34,960 nucleotides of DNA from Macrostomum lignano (taxonomy: Eukaryota). Under the pieces are notes generated by a model, which saw only the letters and a list, made by a program, of their open reading frames with translations, was not told the origin of the DNA and ran no database searches. Each line of letters begins with the position of its first letter. Position 1 is the first letter of the stretch. Location: NCBI GenBank assembly GCA_002269645.1, contig NIVC01001923.1, positions 1-34,960 on the forward strand, in the 5' to 3' direction. Positions 1-10,945 of this stretch are shown piece after piece. Both the position numbers and the translations under genes were made by a program.

Positions 1-562
1 TGGGTAATTCTCGAGTCTTTGTGCCGTGGTTTTTGGAACTCTTTCTGTGCGTTTTTTAGTTTTCTGCCATGTTTTGTGTTTTTTCCATCATTTACTTGTA
101 GGAATCTTGAACGGACAATGCAAAATCGAGTATTAATCCTAAATAAATGATTATCTGCTACGGCAGAAGGCATAGTCAAGCAAAAACTCCCCAGAAACTG
201 TTGGAAGTTTTCTTAGTACTTACAGAACATTAACCCAAATTTACTTGAATATGTTTCACAGATAATTCTGACCGTCTTTCCTGATAATTTGAGAACACAC
301 TCGTACGGGAAAATCGTATTGATTTACCCAATGCTGGTCACACCTTCCCAGGGGAGTCCAATTAAAAATTTTTAATAAAACAACTTCCTCAGATGTCACT
401 AAAAGCATCACGGACTCCCAGGACTTGGAAAAAGTTTGTATCAATTTAAATCAAAGAAGCCAAATACTCGTATTTTTACAGAATGTGACACTTGAAAAGA
501 CGTTTCACTAACACTCATCGAAAGACAAACATAGCGAAATGAAATAAACTTCGTGTTTTCAG

Positions 563-907
563 GTTCAGCTGCGACTGCTCTCGCGTCGACTTCCAAGGCG
601 CCACCTGCAGCTCCAAGATCGATGACTGCGCGTCGAGCCCGTGCCAGCACGGCGGCAGGTGCACCGACGGTGTCAGGAGCTTCACCTGCGACTGCACAGA
701 CACGGGATTCGCAGGTGACAGGTGCCAAAACAACATTGACGACTGCGCCAGCAAGCCGTGCATTAACGGCCTGTGCACGGACCTGGTGAAAAACTACAGC
801 TGCAGCTGCTTCACAGGCTGGGAGGGCAGGAACTGCTCAGTGGACACTGACTACTGCCTGTCAGGGCCCTGTCAGAACGGCGGCGTCTGCAGGGATGGAA
901 ACTCCAC
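563..907 (+). CDS. paralog exon: tandem EGF repeats (phase 2-2)
   Basis: FSCDCSRVDFQGATCSSKIDDCASSPC...CRDGNS; ttttcag acceptor, GTGAGT donor. Confidence 0.9.
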
Positions 908-3900
908 GTGAGTGGCTCAAAGCTGGTTGAGTTTTTAATTCCTTGGGATAATCTTGCAGTTCTGGATAGCGCTTCAGTTTTATTTGCATGAAATCCAGAG
1001 AGTTATGTTTTCGGTTTCTTGGGCTGACTTAATTTTTGGGATTGGGTACTTGATGGGTTGTGACTGGGTACTTGCTGTTGCGTATTTGAGGTTGGGTGCC
1101 TGGGAATAGGTTTTGCTGAGTGCTTTGGGTTGGGTTAGCTCTGGCTGGGTGTCAGGGGTAGGTGCGTTGGGTTGCGTGATTGGAGATGGGTTGTACCTGA
1201 GTGCTTGTGTTGGGGTAGGTGCTTAGATTTGGATCGTTGTTGGGTGCTGGGGTTGAGTTGTTGTTGGGTGCTTGAGACTTCGTTCTCGGTGTCGGGTTGT
1301 TAGGTTTGAGTCCAGCTTCTGGTTGCTTTGTAGTTAGGCACTTTGAGTTGGTTTCTTGTTGTTGGGTTACGATTGCGTCCTTGTTGAGTTAGATGCTTGG
1401 GGTTGCATAGTGGTTGGGTGCTTGAGGATGGGTTGTGGTTGGGTGCTTGCGGTTGAGTTCTTTTTGGGTGCTTTGGGTTTGAGCTTAGGGTCGATTGATT
1501 GGGTTAGATGCTTCTAGGTGCTGAAGTTGCCTTGTGGTTCGGTTCTTGAGTGTGCGTGCTCTGGACAGCGTCTTCGGGGTTGGGTTCTTAGTGGCATACA
1601 GGTATTAGGTTCGCTTCTATCATACATGTATATGGTTATTGATAGGTATGTTAAGGAGCTGGAAGTTAGGTTTCCGAGTGTTTCCACCGTGCTTTAAAGC
1701 ATTTTTGTGCATTTTTTAAAGTTGTCACAAAGCCGAAACGCAAATGTGAGCTGCTATACAACATGGCTATAATACCTCGCTTTTAAGCTGCCAATCGCTA
1801 AAAGTGAGGATAAAAACCTGATGTCTTAATCGCATGATCTGCTTCTGCGTTACTTATATAAATTTATATATTATATAATATTGTGGGTAAGCAGACATTC
1901 ACACATTCCCGAGCACTCACCTGAACTTCAATCGGACCCAGTGACCCACTAAACAGAGAGCAGAGCCGCTGCTGAATGCTCTATACGATTGGATATTGGA
2001 TGAGTGGCGATGGTTCGTGTCGTGTTGTCAATTTTATCTTTGACCTCTTCCATTGCTCCAATTTTTCTATCTTGTCTGTCCTTCTTGTCTTGTTCCTGTT
2101 TTTTATTTTACTCTTATTTTCGATAATTTGCTGTGTTTTATCTCTTTGCTGAAATAGAATGTAACTTTGTTTCTTTTGAATTTTAAATCTGCGCATGGGC
2201 GTCACTTTGTGGACAATTTTGGCCACAGACAGTCTGAATTAAATGTCTTCTGTTTCAATAAAAAAGGGGACCTTGTTTGAATTGAATTTCCGTGAGGACT
2301 GATATTTCTTAGTGTTTGAATTGAAGTACTGCTAGTTTCTTTTGAACAAGACTTTTTTCAAAAGTCTTGTTCAAAAGAGGTAAAATGGTGTATACTATTA
2401 ATGGTGTATACTATTAACGGAAAATCACTGCTAAACGCTTCTCACATAATTGCAATCGTTGAGTCTGATAATATAAGAAAGAACGCATTGGGGAAACGTA
2501 TTGATTTAGGTCATTGCTGGTCAGAACAGAAGTTTTTACATCAGTTTAAATAACACATTTGTACGTATGTACGTATGTGAGGCTTGAAAACAGGCATTTT
2601 TGGTAAAATAAGGTCACTAATTAAAAACCGCAAGCACAATTAAAACATGTTTTCAATTGTGTACAATTCAGAAAACAAAAGCCAAGTCTAGCAAAATGAA
2701 ATCAACGTCACTATTTCAGGTTCACCTGCGACTGCTCTCACATCGACTTCCAAGGCGACACCTGCAGTTCCAAGATCGATGACTGCGCGTCGAGCCCGTG
2801 CCAGCACGGCGGCAGGTGCACCGACGGTGTCAGGAGCTTCACCTGCGACTGCCTGCCCGGCTACGAGGGCTCGACCTGCTCAGTCGACATCAACGAGTGC
2901 GAGCGGTTCGGACAGCCGTGTCAGAACGGAGCCGTCTGCAAGGACCTGGTAGCGGATTATGCCTGCACCGGCTGCCCCGCTAAGTTCGGAGGCAAAAACT
3001 GCTCCGTGCTGCTTCCACTGTACTCGTTCGGCATAAGCGGACTTGTATCGTCTGCGAGTTTCGCTTCTCTGCCAAATGCGTCAACTGTGTCTGGAGGAGA
3101 CTCGTGGACGATTGAGCTGAGGCTGGTGACTTTGTCTCGAGGAGCGTTTCTGCTGCTGCTGGGCGACCCGAGCGACTCGGCGACCACTCCGAGACTGCTC
3201 GTTACGGTCAGTGACCTTAATGGTTCTTTTTTTTGGATTTCATCAGGTCTCCTAAAGTCAATTTTCGTTTAAATATTTTCAGATTGATCACGACGGCCAT
3301 CTGTCCGCCCAGTTACTGCACAGCAACGGCTCCCACATCGCAGCGCTGACGTCCCCAGTCTCGGTGACCACCGGCAGCTTCGTCTCCGTGAAGATCTATG
3401 TGTCGATATCAGGTCGCTCACTGTCGCTGTCAGTGTCATCTTCAGTCAGTTCGGCATCGCTGAGCAGTGCGAGTCCGCTGCCGCAGCTGTCAGGCCAGCT
3501 CATCATCGGCGGCTTCAGCGGCGCCAAGCCAGCTCCGGCTCCATCGTTTAATCCCAGCCGCCGATCAAGACGATCCATGGCCGCACTGCCAACTGACATT
3601 GCTCGGCTTCTTTCATCAAATATTTCTGCGTTTCGAGGTGTTATAGGCGCCACTAAAATTAATTCGGACCGGGCGTTGATTTTCGAGCAAAACGATTCCA
3701 GTTGGACCGACAGGCTTCCAGCAGCCATTGTTGCCAGCGAGTCAGTAGGTGTCGCTTTTATCACTGAAGCTGAAACTCCTTGCAAGACTTCAAAATCTTG
3801 TCAGAATGGCGCTACGTGTTTGAATGTTTTCTTTGTCACTCATAGGTAAGTTTAGTTAAGGTAGCTAAATACGAGTAGTAACCCAAATTGTATTCTATCA

Positions 3901-4288
3901 CCGCATCTGACTCCAATGTGTTACAGATGTGAGTGTGCAGATGGGTGGCAAGGTCCTACGTGTTCTGACAAGGATTCAAATAAAGACTCGCCTAGAAGTG
4001 CGAGTGCATTGATCGCAGGAATTGTTTCATCCACGATCATTATCATTGGCGCCTGCATTGGTGAGTCCGTTGTTTTACACAACTAACGAGCGAGGCTTCG
4101 TTATTCTGTTCAAATCATTTTCACCTGCAGGTATTCTTGTTTTCCTGAAGCTCCGACGAGCTCACGACGAGAAGCATCGAAGCCCGTGGGTTTGGGACAG
4201 ATTCGACTTGAACGGCCCAACCGGTGTTCGAGTTGGACACCTGAGACCGGACGGAATGCCGCCGTGTCCACAAGAGGTGTTTTTCTGA
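563..4288 (+). CDS. Crumbs-like paralog, 5'-partial (at least 6 EGF - one LamG - EGF - TM - 46-aa divergent tail ending EVFF)
   Basis: Exons 563-907, 2720-3206, 3283-3845, 3927-4060, 4131-4288 join in frame with GT-AG sites. It is homologous to the minus-strand crumbs, with the two LamG2-region intron positions and the intra-TM intron position conserved. The start lies left of the window. Confidence 0.9.
1030..1600. repeat. G/T-rich degenerate low-complexity tract in paralog intron
   Basis: Recurring gggttg and gggtgcttg motifs with strong strand bias. Confidence 0.8.
2720..3206 (+). CDS. paralog exon: EGF repeats joined directly to a LamG2-type domain start
   Basis: FTCDC...[19 protein letters not shown]...TTPRLLVT; GTCAGT donor. 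Confidence 0.9.
3283..3845 (+). CDS. paralog exon: LamG remainder and EGF start
   Basis: IDHDGHLSAQLL...LIIGGFSG...CQNGATCLNVFFVTH; GTAAGT donor. Confidence 0.9.
3927..4060 (+). CDS. paralog exon: EGF end and TM start
   Basis: CECADGWQGPTCSDKD...ALIAGIVSSTIIIIGACI; GTGAGT donor. Confidence 0.88.
4131..4288 (+). CDS. paralog last exon: TM end and cytoplasmic tail
   Basis: cctgcag acceptor; ILVFLKLRRAHDEKHRSPWVW...MPPCPQEVFF*. Confidence 0.85.
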
Positions 4289-5039
4289 GCATTCAATAAC
4301 TTTCAATATGTTTGTTGCGAACAATCATGCTGCCATTGTTTTAGAAATCCTATTAATTGTAAATATGCTTTCAATCCTAAAACTTTTCACCAAAATTTTA
4401 CGAGCGCTCGTACTTTGAACAAATACTTGTGCCTGATCACATCCCAGTTTGCATCCTTTTGAAAAAAAATTACGTCTTAACAACTATACATTTTACTTTC
4501 CTTATACTATTTAAAGTACATGTAAAAAACTTCTTGCATCTTCTGAAATGCATCTGGAATGCATCATGACAACCTGGAACTTAATGATACTATAAAACCG
4601 TAGGGTAGCATTGTTTACAAAGAGAAACTGCAAAAAATTATAGTGCTGTAGCTACATTTTATAGCTTGTATTAGCTGGGCTTACCCGTTTATTCTCGAGT
4701 GCGAACTCTCTACTGCTCGACGCGGAGACTTTTGCCTGCTGGGTGTACCCCCGGGGCCTGTACGTCTCTCCTTCACTAAACTGGTCGCCCGGCCTCCGAT
4801 AGAGTGACATTGTTGACGCCATACTTACAAGTGGACAGAAAAAATTAAAATGAATTACCTTTTATCGATCAAAATTTTAGCAAACAAAGAGAAATGAGCC
4901 ATTATAGACGCACATATAACCATAAGACGCGTATGTCAAAAAAGAGCAGTCTGCACTAGCAATAACAAAAAAATGGTTTGCACCGATAGGTATCGAAATA
5001 GAAAAAGCAACAACATCAAAATACTTAGTCCCCCAGTTA

Positions 5040-5700
5040 GTGGAGAGAGCATCAGATGTCAAATCGATGCGTCAGCGAGCGAACTTGTAAAGCCAATTGA
5101 AGGTGTCTGGCGCCCCAGCGTCGCTCAGGATGCAGTCTACGTACCTCGGGTCCTCGCTTGACCCCACCTAAGCGGTCCCGGCAAAGTGAGCAGCAGGACA
5201 TCCTGAACGGGCTTGAAGGCAGTAGCTCTCAACCCGGTTCACGTGGCTTACCAGTTGACGTTGCCGCCGGTGCAGGATGGTGGATGGGCGCTGTAGCTAA
5301 GTCCTCTGTTACAGGTCTTCGGACCGGACACTCTCATCAGCTTAAAAGGCGTCAAGTCCAGCTGCCCCTCCAGCGTGGCCGCTAAAGTCCACGTCTCGGC
5401 AGTGTAGAACAGGACGGTCTCGACTACCACCGCCTGCCACAGCCGAGCCCTCTGGCAATCGGTCGGGCAGCGAATCGACCTGTGGGCCATCCAGGACTGT
5501 CCTTTCGAGCGCCGGATGTCGTCCTGGCGCCGGGTGGGTACCAGACCTCCGAGGTAGGTGTTCCACTGGCAGTTCTCGAGCCTATAATCATCTGCCCGTC
5601 TTCGCAGCGGCATGGCAGCTCCGTTGGGATATCGGCTAGGATGGTCAGCACCTTGGACTTCAGCGTGTTGACAACTAGGCAGACGCTTGATGTCACGTCG
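5040..5700 (-). mobile_element. degenerate 5'-truncated non-LTR retrotransposon (RTE-like ORF C-terminus)
   Basis: Frameshifted motifs LVVNTLKSKVL, YLGGLVP, RARLWQAVVVETVLFYTAETWTL, DVLLLTLPGP; homologous to the plus-strand copy at 5920-6605. Confidence 0.75.
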
Positions 5701-5919
5701 ACAAACCGAATTAATCATAATTCGAATTAATCGTAATGAGAATTGCAAATGACTCTAGTGGTTTCTAGAGTCATTGGCATTAGCTCAGCGTGAAGGTCAA
5801 TTTAAATCAGTACGAATAATTAGAAAATATGTATGTTGAGAACATGAGCTAGTGTTTCCAATTGTCCATTGCACAATACTTGTAAAGTTGCTCATGCAAC
5901 TGGTGAATTTGCTTTTGCC

Positions 5920-6605
5920 TAGGGACTGTTGGTGAGCGAGTTCCAGTTGGACCATTTCGGACTGTCCGCGAATACCAAAAAGACGATGGTGCTGACCGTG
6001 CCGACGAACCTCCCAGCTGAGATCTACTGCCGCTGCACGAACGGGCAGGTGGCGTTGCTGGCCCGCTGCAAAGAGTGATCGTCTACCTCGGTGGTCTGGC
6101 GCCAAGCATCATGGGGGACACGGCACGGCGCAGGGCGCTTGCCTGGGGCGCATTCCGCACCGTGCGGACTGTCCTGCAGAGCCGGCCGCGCTGCCGGATC
6201 GGCTGAGAGGGCGGCTGTTCCAGGCCGTCACTGAAACCGTCCTCCTTTACAACGCTGAAACGTGGACACCGACGAGTTATACCGACGGGCCCAGCTCTCC
6301 CGACCCAGCCAGCTGCTGCGCATCCGGCACCTACAGCTGGCCGGCCACGTCATCTTGGCAGAGCAGTGCTGCCTTGAGCCGCTTCCAGACGTGCTGCTGC
6401 TCTCCCTCCAAGGGCCGCGCCGGCTTGGTCAGGCGAGAAGTCTGCGTTTTGTCGACCTGCTTTTAAGAGACGCTGAAATCTCCGATCCCGCGGACTCGCT
6501 ATTCTGCGCAAATCTGCGCTTGCGCGCGCATTTTGACAGCAACCCAATTTAGTTGGCTTGCCCAGGGTTGTTGTAGTTTGTTGTAGTTTGTTGTTGTTGT
6601 TGTTG
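5920..6605 (+). mobile_element. degenerate 5'-truncated non-LTR retrotransposon (RTE-like) with (GTT)n-type 3' tail
   Basis: FGLSANTKKTMVL, VYLGGL, RRALAWGAF, RLFQAVTETVLLYNAETW, RHLQLAGHV; tail gttgttgtagtttgttgtagtttgttgttgttgttg at about 6567-6604. Confidence 0.8.
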
Positions 6606-7213
6606 AGCTATTTATGAATGTTATAATGTGATTAACCTAATTTTCTGAACGAAAAGCTTTATGAATATCGATAGAGAGCAATAAAAAAGGCACAACATAT
6701 CAAAAAATGAACACTGGATCTGCCTCCTATCAAAAGCAATAGCAGTTTTTGTGTTGAAAAAATGAAAACTTCCTATCTCCGTAGTGTATTTTTTTTCGGA
6801 AAAACCTACCTTTTAAATTTTCTAAGAAACGAGGTCTCCCGTCAATTCTACTTAAGTCGTCCTTGGTATGTATGCCAATTTAATGTATATAATAAATACT
6901 GAGTTAGCCAGGTATTTTTTTCGAAGTTTCCAAGGCCATATCAACAGCTGAAATTTTATTTTTCATGCCAATAAAACGTTGCCAGCACTGGGGTATAAAG
7001 CTAGTGTAGAAATTACCTTATGATTATTATTAACGAATTACTATAATGGGAAGACAGATTTAACCATAAAAACTCCATGATAGCATTTTCAAGTATTTTC
7101 GCAGCCAAAAATTGCATGGAAAACTTATATACCTACAACCCCGGATTGGGGCGAAAAAATTTTAAATATTTTTTAAAGACTTTTAAGTTGGGGTATTTCA
7201 TATCACTAACGGT

Positions 7214-7613
7214 ACTACTATATGAACCCGTAACGGTTGATTTTGGAGGTGGGGTGGGTGTCAACCCTCCTCGCCTCTCATTGGCTGGCGCCCCGATCAC
7301 TAGGTGATCGATACCCGTATCGATATCGGCGCTCGGCGCGCGCGCGCCGTAGGCGCGTGGCGTCAAGCGCCGTCCAGCCGCAGGCGACCCTCCCCAGCCG
7401 CAGGCGCACCTACCGATATTAGATCCCAATAAATCAATCAGATCCCAAATCAATCAGATCCCAAATCAATCAGATCCCAAGCGCACCCTCCCGAGCAGCA
7501 GGCGTCCATGCCGCAGGCGCCCCTCCCCGCCGCACGCGCCCTCCCCCGACATGTATGCCGCAGGCGCCCTCCCCGCCTCAGGCGCCCCTCCCGATATGTA
7601 TGCGCACTCTCCC
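7214..7613 (+). repeat. left terminal inverted repeat (400 bp, CpG-rich)
   Basis: Reverse-complement identity to 10946-11345. Confidence 0.95.
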
Positions 7614-9057
7614 GAATCTTGCACTATGGCTCTCTAGTGGAAAGTACTCTTACTTGTGCTGGTTGCGGGTGATTGTAAGGCTTTCTGCTTGACTTCTTTA
7701 GTTTACTTGATGGTTAAATGAGGAGTGGGAGCTGACGCGCCTACCTCGGGGGAGGAATGCAGCCCCGCGGTCTGATGCAGCGCTTTCTGTTACCCCTCTC
7801 CGTCCGCACTGTACTTGGTCTCCGCTAGGATCCCCCGGCCCTGGCTCTGGGGGCGGGTCCTTTGTACTCGACCCTGGGTTAAAAACTCACATTTGGAGGC
7901 TCTGGGGAGAGTTGCAGTGGAGTTCAACAAATTTCTGATAAGATCTCTTGCGGGGGCATGACACTCGTCTCGAAATAATAAAAACCTGAACAAGTGCTGG
8001 ATGCCCTTACTAGTTGGCGGGTTGTTACCTCTACAATTGTGTACTATTTCTGTCAATATTTTCCCCTGCATTATGTCAATATGTGCTACAGGGTGTCATA
8101 ATATGATACTTTTACGCACTAATATGTACACTCGTATCATAATTTTCCTGCATTGTGTCTGCTTCTACATCTACGATGTGTGTATTTTAACCTATCCCCC
8201 GATATATAATATGTGCCCGCGATGTGTGGTAATATGCCGAAATGTACATGTACAAAATCAATAGTGTGTATATACGTCTGCATCGTTTTTGTCTATGTTT
8301 TAATAATATACACCTGCATTATACTGGCTTTCCATATGAGTGGCAACTCCTTTGTAACCTACAATTCGTTGACTCAGTGTTAGTGGTATTTTGTAATTAA
8401 ATTACTACGTCTAAATGTTGTATTATTATTGAATTCAATTATTATTGAATTTCACTCCTCATGTGCTAGGGAGGTCTAATTGTAATATAATCTTGCTATT
8501 AATCTACCATCTCTACTGTAAGTAGACTGTGACTTGGTGTCTGGGCTCGAGTTGTGTACTCTTTGTATGAATGCATTCTTGGTGTGTAACTCCTGACCAT
8601 CCCTTCCCTCTGGGAGCACTGCAGGTAGACTAGTATGGCTTGGTATTCAGGGCTGGCGTGTGCACGTAATACTCTGTAATATTTACCGGACTCGGGTGGG
8701 GAAGCTCACTGTACGGCTCTCTCCGTGGGGTGTGATTCACCGCCTCTCTGTCCCGCGCCTCCTGCCAGGGCAGCTCTCTGTCCCTCCGCGGGGGTGACTT
8801 ACACACTGCCTCTCTGTCCCGCGCCGCGTGCTGCGACATGCCGGGTAGCGTCCTCTATCTCCTACTGCCTCCACGCACTCTCTGTCCCCCTCCTGCTACA
8901 GGAGGGCTGGTTGCTCGCTGTACAGGGCAGCGTCAGCATCTGGGTTTCCTTCCTGCACCGTCTACCCCACCACTATACTGACTAACCGCATGCACACGAC
9001 ATTGGTGGGAGGGGCGGAGTTCCCCACTGACGGGTGTACACCTACTCGACGCTGAAG

Positions 9058-9156
9058 GTACACTTGCTGAACGCCCACCCTGTCAGATGTACACTTGCTG
9101 AACACCCATCCTGTCAGATGTACACTCGCTGGACGCCCACCCTGCCGGATGTACAC
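9058..9156. repeat. 31-bp tandem repeat, about 3 copies
   Basis: gtacac recurs at 9058, 9089, 9120 and 9151; unit gtacacttgctgaacgcccaccctgtcagat. Confidence 0.85.
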
Positions 9157-10945
9157 CCCGGGTGACTAATTCGCTTACTTTTCTATTAAAATACTTGCCA
9201 TTTATTATGTCTGCTTTTTATTCAATTTTATATGGTTTGAAGGTTTATTTTGCTGTAATACCTAGTTTCTTATAAAAATCTACTCTCGACGATGGTTGTG
9301 TTGGCTATTTCATTAAAATAACCTGCTTTTGAATAAAACGTTGTATTTAAGCCTCCAGTTTTTTTTCAAAATCATAATGGAAACCCTCCCGACACCCCTG
9401 GAACCTCCTCGAGCAGCTTACATAGAGCTTGCAGACCCTCGAAACCCCTCTAGTGTGCCCTGATTTCAGCGGTCTAGAGGTTAACATCTGAATTTTTACA
9501 CTATATTTTCCTTACATACAATGAGGGTTTGGGATACAGGAGTCTGGAGGGTTTGGAAGAGTGAGTCTGGCGGGAGAGGGGGCTTGTGGGATGATGAGGA
9601 TGTGTACACTGTTTAGCAGTTTTAGCCTACCTTTTGGGCTAATATGCTTACTATTATTACTACTATTATACCTACTATGTACATACTATTATACTACCCA
9701 CTATTAAATATGCGGCACTAAAACCAACTTTTGATAATACATAGCGTGTTTTGGTGGATTCTCCCTCACGTCTCTGTCCCTACACATGTGCTTTTTAGTA
9801 TTCTCTGTTTGTGTACCTCTCTGTAACGTCTCTGTACGCTCAGACTGGTTTCTCCGTCCCCGCGCGCGCCTCTACTAAAGTTTGCTGTTACCTACCCCTA
9901 CACACTGCTCTCTGTCTCCCTCCGCGCACACCTCTCTGCCCTTGCATGCAACTTGCATGTCTACTCCTCTGTCCTGCCCTCGCGTGGGTCCCTGTCTATA
10001 CATAGCTACCAGACCCTACCTCTCTCTGTGCCTTGCTCGCAACTCTGTCCCAGGCCCCCCTTCATACTTCTCTGTCCCGGGCTGCAACTGGCTGACACGC
10101 GCCTCTCTGTTCCCCAGCCTGCGTGGCTGCCTACCCCTGCACACTGCTCTCTGTCCCCCTCCGCGCCTCTCTATCATCCTATTCCTGCAGCTGACCGTGC
10201 CGTTTAGCTCTGTCCACGCACGGCTCCACCCCTGCCCGTGTCTCACTGTACCGCCCTGTGTGGCTCCCTTACCCTGCGCGTTTGCTCCCCATCTCCCTCC
10301 TGCTCCATATGTTTCTGTTCCCTCACACTACGCACACGTGGCTGGCTCTCTGTCCAAACACATCTCTGCTCCTCCACTCTATCCTCGCGTGGCCCCTTGA
10401 CGGTTCGCATGCCCCTGCATACCCTGCCTGCCTCTCTGTCCCCTGCAACTGGGGAGGGAGCTCTCTATCCTCTGTATGGCTTTCTCTGTGGGGTGTGTGT
10501 GACTCACACTACCTCTCTGTCCTAGCATGCGCCTCTCTATCCGGCTCCTGTAGCAGGCTGTGTTGTTCACATCTCTTTCCACCCACCCTCTGCCCGTACA
10601 CGCTCAGTGTACAGGGCTGCGTCAGCATCGGGGTTAAAACTTCTCGCTCCCTATGCTTCAACAGTATAACAACCTAGTGGCTGGTTCTCTGTCCACCCAC
10701 CCCTCTCTGCCCGTACACTCTCACTGTACAGGGCTGCGTCAGCGTTAGGGTTGAAACTTCTCGCTCCCTATACCCCACAACCGTGTAGTGTCCTAGTATG
10801 GGCGCGACCTGGGTTCGATTTCGCTAGTTGAGATGTAGGTGAGAGAGGGGAAGAGGCCCGTATCGATGACTACATATCGGTGTACACACATATCGGGAGA
10901 GTGTACACTCGGGGCGCCTGCTGCATACATATCGGTGTACATATA

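Noticed and set aside
3396-3785. Antisense ORFs overlapping crumbs-family exons (also 18707-19216, 19461-20033)
   Set aside because: Shadow ORFs of GC-rich coding exons.
563-4288. Notch, Delta/Serrate or neurexin identity for the EGF genes
   Set aside because: No LNR, ankyrin or DSL domains. The LamG arrangement, the long-loop EGF and the ERLI tail of the neighbour, plus direct homology, indicate the Crumbs family.
1920-4822. Antisense gene suggested by minus-strand donors near 1920 and 4684 and a 56-codon ORF at about 4822-4655
   Set aside because: No recognisable protein and no consistent exon chain; isolated splice-like motifs are expected by chance.
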